Below are positions 51,996 through 60,955 of a stretch of 64,000 bases of DNA, in pieces. The notes beneath the pieces are model-generated. The model ran no database searches. It was not told the DNA's origin and worked only from the letters and a program-made list of their open reading frames with translations. How positions within the stretch are numbered: position 1 is the stretch's first letter; each line of letters opens with the position of its first letter. The DNA comes from Candidatus Latescibacterota bacterium (GTDB lineage: Bacteria; Latescibacterota; UBA2968; UBA8231): positions 928,001 through 992,000 of the forward strand of contig CBDCXV010000011.1 of the NCBI GenBank assembly GCA_965223905.1, read 5' to 3'. A program made the position numbers and the translations under genes.

Positions 51996-52835
51996 TCAGT
52001 CCAGCACCCTGGCGGGGGCCAGGGCCAGCGCCGTCTCGGTCGAGCCTGCGAACGGGGCGGTGCTGAAGACGGCGTGCCCGAGCATGATCATCGAGGCAGA
52101 CCCTCCCGAGGCCTCCACCGAAGCGACCGCCTCCCTGACCCGGGGATCGGTCATCAGGCCGCTGTCCCCGGCGAACTGCCTGGAGATGCGCACGCACTCG
52201 GCGACCGCCACCCCCTCCCGGCCGGTCAGCCCGGACAGCTGCCGCAGGGCGGCGTCCGCGGCCTGGTTCACCGAGGCGCGGCGGTCGGGATCGGACAGCA
52301 CCTCCCGGGTGCTTATCGGCCCGAAATACCGGAAATGGATCGGCTCCCCCTCCGCAACCGCCAGGCGCTGCGCCACCAGCGGCGCCCCCGGCCTCAGCTT
52401 GACCAGGCATCCGCCGTGGTACTGGGCGCAGACGTCCCCGAGGCCGGTCAGGTTCTCCACCTCGGCCACGTGGGCGTGCAGTGCCAGCTCTTCGGCGGCC
52501 ATGCCGAGGCCGAGGAGGCGGTCGATGGCGTACGCCGCGCCGAGGGCGGAGGCGCCGCTCAGGCCGAATCCGCAGCTCAGCGGCAGGGCCGACTCGACGG
52601 AGACGTGGAAATCGCGGTCGCTTAGCCGTCTGGTCAGGGTCGCCACCGTCGGGAAGCGGATCTCCTCGCCGTTGAAGGTGACCGCGGTACGGGAGGATTC
52701 CGAAACCATGACCTCGGCCCCCTCGGTAACGGTGAAGCTGAGCCCGAGGGAGTGCATCTTCTCCGGATTGTCGTCGGCGATGATCTTGAAGAGGCCGGAA
52801 ATGCTTCCGGGTGCGAAGGCGGTGGCCGACCTCAT
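51996..52835 (-). CDS. Pantoate kinase (archaeal-type PoK, GHMP superfamily)
   Basis: AFAPGSISGLF, LPLSCGFGLSGASAL, AHVAEVENLTGLGDV, PGAP, ASMIMLG; adjacent to PPS. Confidence 0.9.
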   Translation of the reverse strand: MRSATAFAPGSISGLFKIIADDNPEKMHSLGLSFTVTEGAEVMVSESSRTAVTFNGEEIRFPTVATLTRRLSDRDFHVSVESALPLSCGFGLSGASALGAAYAIDRLLGLGMAAEELALHAHVAEVENLTGLGDVCAQYHGGCLVKLRPGAPLVAQRLAVAEGEPIHFRYFGPISTREVLSDPDRRASVNQAADAALRQLSGLTGREGVAVAECVRISRQFAGDSGLMTDPRVREAVASVEASGGSASMIMLGHAVFSTAPFAGSTETALALAPARVLD

Positions 52836-52916
52836 GAAGGGCGGCCTGCGGGGTTCGCTGTACTGGACGCGGATCGGCTGGGTGTCATTGCGGTTCGCAG
52901 CTGGTCGCCCGGCCGA

Positions 52917-53713
52917 TCAGCTGCCGGCGTTGACGCCGGGACCGCGGCGGTTGGCCTCGAGCGACATCAGGTCGTCGGCAGCGACGTTGCCGATGTTGAC
53001 CTCGGTTCCGTAGCGGTCGATCAGCTCGCACCGGAAGCGATGGACGTCGCTCGCGGTCACCCCGCCGATCCAGGGACCGGGAAGCTCGAACATCACCTTC
53101 TCCAGACCGGGGGAGGCAACGATGTCCTCGACCGCTGCCGATGTCGCGCTGTCGTCCGCCAGCAGCTCGGCCGCCTCCAGCAGGATGAGCCGGGCCCCGC
53201 CTTCGAGGCATATCCTGGCGTTGTCCAGCGGAGGTATGGAGTTTTCGAGCCCTCCTTCCTGCCGACCTCGCCGAGGACCTTCAGGCCGAACCCTTCCCTT
53301 GCCCTGCGGATCGTCGCCTCCTTCCAGGCCGCGGTGGCCGGCAGCAGGTTGTCGGAGACCTCGACCCAACGGTAGCCGGTCTCCGCGACCGCTTCGAAAT
53401 AGCGCTCGAGCTTCCCTTCCGTTTCCGCATACTCGAGGTACTGTCCGCCCGGAAACGGCTCTATGTCCCCGGCGAGATAGGAGTCGATCTTGCCCTGCAG
53501 AAGGGGGCCTGAAAGAAGCCGGGAAACCCCGACCGCCACTTTGGCGAAATCGATACAGGAACCGCCGGCATCCAGCAGGTCCCTCTGCCGGTTCGGTCCC
53601 ATTCCCCAGTCGACGACCATGGTCAGGCCTGCCGGCCGCGGTTTTTGCGAACGCTGCCCCGCCTGCTTTCCGTCCAGTCCCTCGAAACGCTTCGCTCCAT
53701 TGAGCCTATCCAC
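52917..53713 (-). CDS. comA: Phosphosulfolactate synthase (ComA) family; frameshift near 53250
   Basis: KPRxxGLTMVVDWG, IDFAK, FPGG, VEVSD, GEVGRK, FELP, VNIGNV, LEANRRG. Confidence 0.85.
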
Positions 53714-53746
53714 TGAATCGCTTGTCTTTGATGTCGAGAAACTACG

Positions 53747-55306
53747 ATGCGGCAGAAAGCAGATAAAGCTCCATCACCCCTCCGGCGACTCGCCTGTCCG
53801 CTTCTCGCCGGCATGCTGGCTGCCGCGGGACCTGCTGCTTCCCAGCCGCAGCTGACAGCCCACCACGAATACCAGTTCGGCAACCTGCCCGGGTCGGAGC
53901 CCGGCGATCTGCGCACGGTCTACCAGCAGCTGAACTTCGGTTTCGAAACCTCGGGATTCCTCGCCAGCCTGCGCAGCGAGGCCTTCCGCTCCAGCGCCGG
54001 CGGGCGCGACTACTTCCACCTCGCCCAGAGATCCCTCTCCTACCGGCAGGGAGGTTTCGAGGCGACCGCGGGGACCTACTACACCCTCGTCGGCAGCGGA
54101 CTGCTGCTGCACGCCTTCGAGCTCCCCGGAGTCGTCACCGAAAACCGCGTCTCCCGGAGGCGCTACCAGATCATGCGCGACCTCGACGGATTCCAGGTCC
54201 GCTACCGCCGGGGCGACGTCGACCTGACGTTTCTGACCGGCCGGTCGGTCGACAGCGAGCTCGCCCCTGGCCAGAAGGGACCGGAGCGCCGCCAAGGCCG
54301 CGTTTCCGGGGGGGCCTTCAGCGCCCGTCCCGTGGCCGGCCTCGAGGTCGGGATGGGAGTCCTGGACTTCGACGGCGAAGAGCGCGGGGCCACCACCCAT
54401 GCCCGGGTCCGCTTCGGACCGCTGCTGAAAGCGCTCGGGCTGCCGGACTGGTACGGCGATCTGTACGGCGAGTACGCCCGCATCGATCCGGCCCTCGACA
54501 GCTGGTTCTCCCTCGACCGCGAGCACGCGCGGGCCCTCTACCTCTCCAGCACCTTCACCGGGGGGACCTGGGGGTTGAGCCTCGAATTCAAGGACTACGA
54601 CGACTTCAACTTTCCCGCCATCAACAACCCGCCGACACTGATCCGGGAGCACGAGGCATTCCTCCTGAACCGGCAGACACACACCCTGCTCCCCGACGAC
54701 GAAACCGGGTTTCAGGCGGAGCTGACCTGGGCCCTGCCGCGCCAGGTCGGGCTGATCGCCGCCTGGAACCTCGCCACCCGCCGGGGTTCCCGTCCCGGGG
54801 AGGAGGAGAAGTCGTTGAGCGAGTACTTCCTGCAGCTCGATTCCCCGGTGGGGGAGGAGCTGTACTGGCAGGTCTTCCTCGATTTCGCGCGCAGCCGCAT
54901 TCTCCAGAACGAGCGGCGGGTGACCGCGGGCACCCGGTGGGACTGGTCCGCGGGCTCGCGCTACGCCGTCGCCGCCGACCTGCAGTTCCAGGACGTCGAC
55001 CGCCGCTTCGGCAGCAGGAAGTTTCCCTACGAGAACCTGCTGGCCGCCGCCGAGGTCAGCCGCTTTCCGGCCTGGACCTGGTCGCTGCAGTTGCAGCGGT
55101 CAAACGACCCGCTGGAGGCCGGGGCCTCGCAGTCGGGCGCGACTTACTGGTGGACCCTGGGGGCGAGCTTGCTGTTCCGCGACGCCCACACCGCCACCCT
55201 GTTCGCCGGCAAACGGCGCACCGGTCTCGCCTGCACCGGCGGGACCTGCTACGAAGTGCTGGGGTTCGAAGGGATGGAGATTCGCCTTACGAGCAAAGTG
55301 CTCTGA
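53747..55306 (+). CDS. DUF6029-like outer-membrane beta-barrel protein
   Basis: Signal peptide; GTYYTLVGSGLLL, LEFKDY, NNPPTL; C-terminal GKRRTGLACTGGTCYEV.GFEG. Confidence 0.7.
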   Translation: MRQKADKAPSPLRRLACPLLAGMLAAAGPAASQPQLTAHHEYQFGNLPGSEPGDLRTVYQQLNFGFETSGFLASLRSEAFRSSAGGRDYFHLAQRSLSYRQGGFEATAGTYYTLVGSGLLLHAFELPGVVTENRVSRRRYQIMRDLDGFQVRYRRGDVDLTFLTGRSVDSELAPGQKGPERRQGRVSGGAFSARPVAGLEVGMGVLDFDGEERGATTHARVRFGPLLKALGLPDWYGDLYGEYARIDPALDSWFSLDREHARALYLSSTFTGGTWGLSLEFKDYDDFNFPAINNPPTLIREHEAFLLNRQTHTLLPDDETGFQAELTWALPRQVGLIAAWNLATRRGSRPGEEEKSLSEYFLQLDSPVGEELYWQVFLDFARSRILQNERRVTAGTRWDWSAGSRYAVAADLQFQDVDRRFGSRKFPYENLLAAAEVSRFPAWTWSLQLQRSNDPLEAGASQSGATYWWTLGASLLFRDAHTATLFAGKRRTGLACTGGTCYEVLGFEGMEIRLTSKVL

Positions 55307-55452
55307 CCGGCAGAAAACGCGGGACAGCCTCAATGGCAGCGCCGGTTGCCCGAGGGCCTCCGGATTCATTCGATCGGCAAAGGCTGCCCCGGCACCTGCC
55401 ATTTGACCGTACTGTAGACTTGGATCATTTCACACACCAGAAAGGGGGAGCA

Positions 55453-56202
55453 ATGGGCGAGACACCCGGCCGCAGAATCGAAACGGAGGGGGCATTCAAC
55501 ATCCGGGACATTGGGGGCTACCCCACGACGGACGGACGCCGGGTTCGGTGGCGAACCTTCTTCCGCGCCGACAGCATGCACAGGCTGACGGCAAACGACC
55601 AGCAGACCCTTCTCGGGTTCGGGTTGCGCACCGTCATCGACCTGCGCCGGACCCGGGAGCTGGCGGAGCTTCCCAACGTCTTCGCCTCCTCGTCGGAGGT
55701 GAACTACCGCCACCACAACCTCGTCGGCGACGAGCCCCTCCCCTATTCCATCGCGGACGGCACTCCTGCGGACCGGATCTTCGGCTCCTACTCCTCCTGG
55801 ATCGAGCATCGCGAGGAACAGGTGGGCGAGGTACTGGCGATCCTGGCTGGGCGGGAGGCCCTGCCCGCTCTTTACCACTGCGCCGGGGGCAAGGACCGGA
55901 CCGGGGTGATCAGCGCCCTGCTTCTCGAGCTCGCCGGTGTTGCGAAAGAGACGATTGCCCAGGACTACGGCCTGACGGCGAGGTATCTGTGGGATCGCTG
56001 GCAGTCGGAGCCCCCCGAGGTCGAAGGGGGAGCGGTCCTTCGCGACTGGCGCGACTACCAGCGCGAGTTCTGCCCGCCGGAATGCATGGTCAAGGTCCTC
56101 GACTTCCTCGAGGCCCGGTACGGCGGGGCCGAGGGGTTCGCCCGGTCCGCCGGACTTGGCGACCGGCAGATCGACAGCCTCAGGGTGGCCCTGGTGGAGT
56201 AG
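55453..56202 (+). CDS. Tyrosine-protein phosphatase (Y_phosphatase3 family)
   Basis: NIRDIGGY, VIDLR, HCAGGKDRTG P-loop, DY.LT. Confidence 0.92.
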   Translation: MGETPGRRIETEGAFNIRDIGGYPTTDGRRVRWRTFFRADSMHRLTANDQQTLLGFGLRTVIDLRRTRELAELPNVFASSSEVNYRHHNLVGDEPLPYSIADGTPADRIFGSYSSWIEHREEQVGEVLAILAGREALPALYHCAGGKDRTGVISALLLELAGVAKETIAQDYGLTARYLWDRWQSEPPEVEGGAVLRDWRDYQREFCPPECMVKVLDFLEARYGGAEGFARSAGLGDRQIDSLRVALVE

Positions 56203-56370
56203 GCTGTCTGCCGGCGATGTATCCGGCCCGTCGACGATGCAGCGAATTATGCGCAGCCCTGTTTGGGGGGCGCTGCGATGCCCGGCCCAATTGTTTTCGG
56301 GTGGAACCCCGGGGCCGGCCGAAGGTGCCCACCTCCTTCAGCGCCTGTCCGCCGGCGTCGCGCCGGAGGG

Positions 56371-57255
56371 TTACTTCAGCAGGGTAACCTTCCGGGTAAC
56401 CACCCGGCTTTCCTGTCGCACGGATGCGAGGTACACCCCGCTGGCGAGGGCATTCCCTTCCTGGTCGCGTCCGTTCCAGGTCAGGGAGTGCCTGCCCACC
56501 TCGAAATGCCCCGACCAGTCGCGCACCACCCGCCCACTCAGATCGGACAACACCAGGGTCAGCGGCCCGGCCGAGTTCACCGTGAAAGACAGCGTGGTTT
56601 CGGAATTGAAGGGATTCGGGAATGCCTGCCCCACCTCGAACCGGGCCGGAAGCTGCGGCGAAGCCGCTACTTCCGTGGTCACTTCCTCCACCTCTTCTTC
56701 CTCTTCCTCCAGGAATTCCGCGAGGTCCTCGAGAGAGGCTTCGATCGCCTCGCGGATCTCCCCGTCGACGAAGCGCTCGCCGAGCGGCCCGGCCCCGGAA
56801 CGATAGCGGACGATCCCCTCGTGATCGATCACGAAGTAGTAGTCCTGCCCGACGCCGTAGTCACTGCCTACCTGGGACCCGTTGACGAGCATCGGGTAGG
56901 AAGCCAGCCCGTCGTCGATCCACACCGCCTGGACGTTGGCGGGATCGGCGTTCCAGATGTCGATGCCGAGTGCAATCAAGCGGTCGCCCCCGTAGTCCTG
57001 CCATATCGCTTCGGAATTCGCGGCCCCCGCGATACAGTACGGTCAGGTGTTCCCGAGGATGTTGAGAAAGACAACCTTTTCGTCGCGAAAGTCGCCAAGT
57101 GAGACGAGCTGTCCGTCCACGGATTCAAGCTCAAATTCGGGGGCGATATCCCCGGCGACCACCTGCGCCTGGGCCCCGCCCGGCCCACCGACCAAAAATG
57201 CACTGCACGCGACCGTTACGGCCGCCCGCCATCGAGTCCTGTTCCTGGTTTTCAT
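56371..57255 (-). CDS. Secreted redoxin (AhpC/TSA-TlpA fold) selenoprotein, UxxC, with C-terminal FlgD-Ig/T9SS-like domain
   Basis: Signal peptide + APEFELESVDGQLVSLGDF...FLNILGNT-TGA(57043-45)-PYC, reading in frame into ORF 56371..56979; C-terminus AFPNPFNSET...WNGRD...ASGVYL...RKVTLLK. Confidence 0.82.
57018..57032 (-). promoter_or_regulatory. Candidate bacterial SECIS hairpin
   Basis: UCGCGG-GGG-CCGCGA stem-loop begins 10 nt after the UGA; G-rich apical loop 16 nt downstream. Confidence 0.6.
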
Positions 57256-57818
57256 TCGCTCCTGCCTTCCGTCGAATCGGGTTGCGCTGCCAGCAGCTCC
57301 GCCAGCTTGTCGCGGAGCCCGGTTTCGTCCCCTGGTTTGTACCCCACGTGCCTGTAAACTACCGCCCCTTCGGTCGAAATGATCAAGGTAGCCGGCAGGA
57401 CGGAGAGCTGAAACTGCTTCATCACCTCTCTCGTGTGGTCGAGCAGGACCGGCAGCTCTAGCCGGTGGCGCTTCAGGAAGGGCCGCACCTTGGGCTGATT
57501 GCGCGGCCCGTCGGTGTTCACGGTGTATACCCCGACCCCGCGCTGGCGGTATTCCTCGGCGATTTCCTGCAGCTTCGGCAGCGCCTTGATGCACGGCTTG
57601 CACCACGTCGCCCAGAAATCGAGAACCACCGGACCCTGCTTCAGTGCCTCCTGCAGGGAGAACTGCTCGCCGTCGAGAGTCGGCAGCGTGAACTGCGATT
57701 TCTGAGCAGCCGCGGCCGCGGCGGAGAGAAAAAGACACGATCCGATCGAGGCAGCCAGGGCCAGAATGCGGGACAGGGAACGGCAATTCGACGCGATGCT
57801 TCCGGATCTTCGCTTCAC
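57252..57818 (-). CDS. TlpA-family thiol:disulfide oxidoreductase (exported)
   Basis: Signal peptide; FTLPTLDG, DFWATWCKPC; stop overlaps the selenoprotein start (ATGA). Confidence 0.9.
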   Translation of the reverse strand: MKRRSGSIASNCRSLSRILALAASIGSCLFLSAAAAAAQKSQFTLPTLDGEQFSLQEALKQGPVVLDFWATWCKPCIKALPKLQEIAEEYRQRGVGVYTVNTDGPRNQPKVRPFLKRHRLELPVLLDHTREVMKQFQLSVLPATLIISTEGAVVYRHVGYKPGDETGLRDKLAELLAAQPDSTEGRSE

Positions 57819-59044
57819 TCGCCTGACCTCCGGGGAGCTTCGGCCGCCCCCGTATCCGCGGGAACCACGGACTGGACCAGTCCCGGCAGCATCATTCCCG
57901 GAGGCATCGGAATACAGCGCCCCAGCGATTGGTAGCCGCAAACCGTCCCGTCTATCCATGTGGCGCCGATCAGGGAGCACCCTTGGAACCTGACCCGCCC
58001 CAGGCGGGCCCCCTTCAGGTTTGCCCGGCGCAGATCGGCAGCGAAAAAGTTGACCTTGTCGATGACAGCTTCCCCCAGATCGGCCCCCACCAGCCGCGCG
58101 CCGTCGAAGTCGACATCTCCCAGGCGCGCGGACTTCAGGACCGCCCCGTCGAGCTCCGAGCGCACGAAGCGGGCCCCGCGCAGGTCCGCGCCGCTGAGCA
58201 CGGCGCCCCGCAGGGTCGCCCGCGTCAGGTCAGCTCCGGAGAGGTCGGAATCCTTCAAGCTCGTGCTGTCGAAGCTGGCGTCGCGGGCCACGGCCTTTCC
58301 GAGATCGGCCCCGGACAGGACGCTGGCGATCGCATCGGCGCCGGTGAGATCCGCCTTCCGCAAAGTCGCCCCTGACAGGCGCGCCCGGTTGACCACCGCA
58401 CCCTTCAGGTTTGCCCCGGAAAGCCGGGCCCCGGTCAGGTCCGCGGAGGTGAGGTCCGCGGCGCGAAGGTCAGCGCCGCCCAGGTCCGCGGCAGCCAGCC
58501 GCGCCCTCCTGAGATCGGCTCCGGACAGGCTGCAGCCGGGACAATCCTTGGAAACCACTATCGTATCGGGGCGTACGAACAGCGCCCCCACACCCCTGCG
58601 CCCCTCGCCCTGGGATACGCACAGATTGTACCGCCCCCGGGGAATCTCGGCAGTGGCGGACGTCGTAGCGCCGCCGACGCCGAGCAGAACCGCTCCGGAG
58701 GCATCGATCAGCTCGACCCGGCTCGAAGGGTGGGCCCAGGTTCTGATACGCAGGGTTCGCTGCGACCGGCGCTCGAAGACCAGGGGAATCACGTCCGTAC
58801 CGATTTCTCCCGTATCGCCGCGATGGGCCTGCTCCGCCTCCGGGCTTTCGAGGTGAAGGAGGACGACCTGGCCTTCCCTCGCCGCCGCCGCCCCGGTATT
58901 GCCGAGCGAGCGTTCGTCGAGGTGGCTGATCCCCGGAGCGTAGTCCCCCGGCTGGCCGGCGCGGGAGTAGCAGCCGACAAGGACAGCGGCCAGCAGCAGT
59001 GCGCTACCTGCGGTCTGCTTGCCAGGGGGAAACCGCCCTTTCAT
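57815..59044 (-). CDS. Pentapeptide-repeat lipoprotein
   Basis: Lipobox VLVGC; about 200 aa of A(D/N)LxG repeats bracketed by DCPGC and WIDGTVC...SLGRC. Confidence 0.88.
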   Translation of the reverse strand: MKGRFPPGKQTAGSALLLAAVLVGCYSRAGQPGDYAPGISHLDERSLGNTGAAAAREGQVVLLHLESPEAEQAHRGDTGEIGTDVIPLVFERRSQRTLRIRTWAHPSSRVELIDASGAVLLGVGGATTSATAEIPRGRYNLCVSQGEGRRGVGALFVRPDTIVVSKDCPGCSLSGADLRRARLAAADLGGADLRAADLTSADLTGARLSGANLKGAVVNRARLSGATLRKADLTGADAIASVLSGADLGKAVARDASFDSTSLKDSDLSGADLTRATLRGAVLSGADLRGARFVRSELDGAVLKSARLGDVDFDGARLVGADLGEAVIDKVNFFAADLRRANLKGARLGRVRFQGCSLIGATWIDGTVCGYQSLGRCIPMPPGMMLPGLVQSVVPADTGAAEAPRRSGE

Positions 59045-59324
59045 GTTTTGTCGCTCACCATGCAAGAGATGCCATGCCACTTGAAAACCGGTTGAGCAGC
59101 GCTCTCGACCGGATCGGCGTCGAAAAAATACACCATCGCATCTTCCCCCGCGCGCATGGGGACACGGTGCGGCCGGGAATCTTTTTGCCCGGCACCGGAG
59201 GCCGCATCCTCGGGAGGTCCGGCTGCAAGGCAAGGGGCGCCCTGGAGAACCGAGCCCACGTGCAGCCGACGCTTCAGAGCCCCTGGAGTGCCCGGGGGGC
59301 TTCCGTGCACCGGGATCGGCGCCG

Positions 59325-60329
59325 GTGAGCCGCGGTCCCCTGGCGCCGGGCCTGCGCGCCCCGGACTTCGCCCTGCCCTGCCCATCCGGGGACCCGGTGC
59401 GGTTCTACGGCCGCGCCGGCGGCACCCCCTGCGCCCTGATATTTGCCGAGCGCTCACAGGGGGCCGCGGCCGAGGAGTTCGCTACGGCCCTGACCCGCGG
59501 GTGCGAGGCCAGGGTGGAGATCCTTGGGGTCATTTCCGGCGGCGACAGCGAAATCGGGGAAACGCCGTTCTCCTTCGACACCTTCACCGAGCCCGGAACC
59601 CCGGTCAGCGAGCCGTACGGGGTCGCCTCGGCGAAACCGAGAGTCTGCCTGCTCGACGAAAACCTGCGTATCCTCGGGTGGTACGGTCTCGCGGACCCGG
59701 CGCGGGCGGCAGCAGAGGTCGGAGAACTCCTCGCGGAAGACGGACCCGGGCGGGAAGGGAGGCTTGTCGAATCCCCGGCCCCCGTGCTCATCGTCCCGCG
59801 GGTGCTCGACGAGGCCTGGTGCGCGGAGCTGATTTCGAAATGGCGGCGGGATGGGGCCGCGGCCACCGGGGTGGAGGCCAGCCTCGGCGGGCGCCGCGCC
59901 GATGTCGTCGCCTGGGACCGCAAGCGGCGGCGCGACCACGTCGTCAGCGATCCCGGGCTGTTGCAGCAGCTGACATCGCATATCGGGCGCCGGGTCATCC
60001 CCGAGCTGCAGAAGGCCTTCGCCTACCGCGCCACCCGCTTCGAGGGGTTCAAGATCGTCTGCTACGGCTCCGCGGAGGGGGGCTTCTTCCACGCCCACCG
60101 GGACAACCTCAGCCCCTCGACGTCGCACCGCCGTTTCGGGCTCACCGTCAACCTCAACGACGGTTTTCAGGGGGGTGAGCTACGCTTTCCCGAGTACGGC
60201 CCGGACCTGTATCGCCCGCGGGCGGGAGCCGCCATCCTCTTTTCCAGCTCGCTTCTGCACGAGGTGCTGCCGGTGACCGAAGGGGAGCGCTTCTCGCTGC
60301 TGTCCTTCCTGTTCGCAGCCCCGCGATAG
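59325..60329 (+). CDS. Redoxin-like domain + 2OG-Fe(II) oxygenase fusion
   Basis: N-terminal LAPGLRAPDFAL; HRD...LNDGFQGGELRFPEY...LLHEV...RFS. Confidence 0.85.
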   Translation: MSRGPLAPGLRAPDFALPCPSGDPVRFYGRAGGTPCALIFAERSQGAAAEEFATALTRGCEARVEILGVISGGDSEIGETPFSFDTFTEPGTPVSEPYGVASAKPRVCLLDENLRILGWYGLADPARAAAEVGELLAEDGPGREGRLVESPAPVLIVPRVLDEAWCAELISKWRRDGAAATGVEASLGGRRADVVAWDRKRRRDHVVSDPGLLQQLTSHIGRRVIPELQKAFAYRATRFEGFKIVCYGSAEGGFFHAHRDNLSPSTSHRRFGLTVNLNDGFQGGELRFPEYGPDLYRPRAGAAILFSSSLLHEVLPVTEGERFSLLSFLFAAPR

Positions 60330-60340
60330 GGCCGACCTTC

Positions 60341-60862
60341 TCATTCAGCCCGCCGCTCGGCGACGTGGCGGGCGATCTTCTCCCTAGTCTTGGCGCCGAG
60401 TCCCTTGACCCGGTCGAGCATTCCCGAGGCCAGGGCGGATTGGAGGGCATCGAGGCTGTCGATGCCGTGCTCGGCGTACAGGGTGCGGGCCATCTTCGCC
60501 CCAAGCCCCGGCACCTCGGCGATCTCGAGGAGAGTGATCGGTCTGTGCTCCGCCCACTCCTCTTTTTTGGCGCAGGTGCCGGTCCGCAGGTACTCGCCGA
60601 TCAGAACGGCGATCGTCGGCCCGACGTCGGGAATCTCCCCGAGGCGGCCCTCGGCGTGCAGACCGTCCACCGGCTCGGAGTACCGAGATATGGTGTAGAA
60701 GAGCCGCTTGTAGACCGCGGCGTGGGTCTCCTCGTACCCCCCGATTACTAGGAAATCATGCAGGCGCGCCAGCTCCTCCGCCAGCCAGTCGTTTCTGTGC
60801 CAGCGCTTGCGGCCCTTGGCGTCCGTGTAGGAATCTGCGGATTCCGTATGCGGATCCTTCAT
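60341..60862 (-). CDS. Stand-alone helix-hairpin-helix protein matching the PolX N-terminal domains
   Basis: N.LAEEL...AAVYKR, IPDVG, VPGLGAK...LYAEHGIDSLDAL, VKGLGAKT; no palm or PHP domain. Confidence 0.8.
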   Translation of the reverse strand: MKDPHTESADSYTDAKGRKRWHRNDWLAEELARLHDFLVIGGYEETHAAVYKRLFYTISRYSEPVDGLHAEGRLGEIPDVGPTIAVLIGEYLRTGTCAKKEEWAEHRPITLLEIAEVPGLGAKMARTLYAEHGIDSLDALQSALASGMLDRVKGLGAKTREKIARHVAERRAE

Positions 60863-60955
60863 TACTCCCCGGATTCAGCAGTCCAGTTTATCGGTTAAAA
60901 AACTCGAGCCTCGCAGAACCAGCGGACCAACTGCTCCCGGTGCAGGACCGCAGTG

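Noticed and set aside
25302-53013. Long alternative ORFs such as 25302..27320(-), 29723..31627(-), 35972..38212(+), 38377..40179(+), 49833..51395(+), 51028..53013(+)
   Set aside because: Antisense or off-frame shadows of well-supported genes; Arg/Pro/Gly-rich and typical of high-GC DNA
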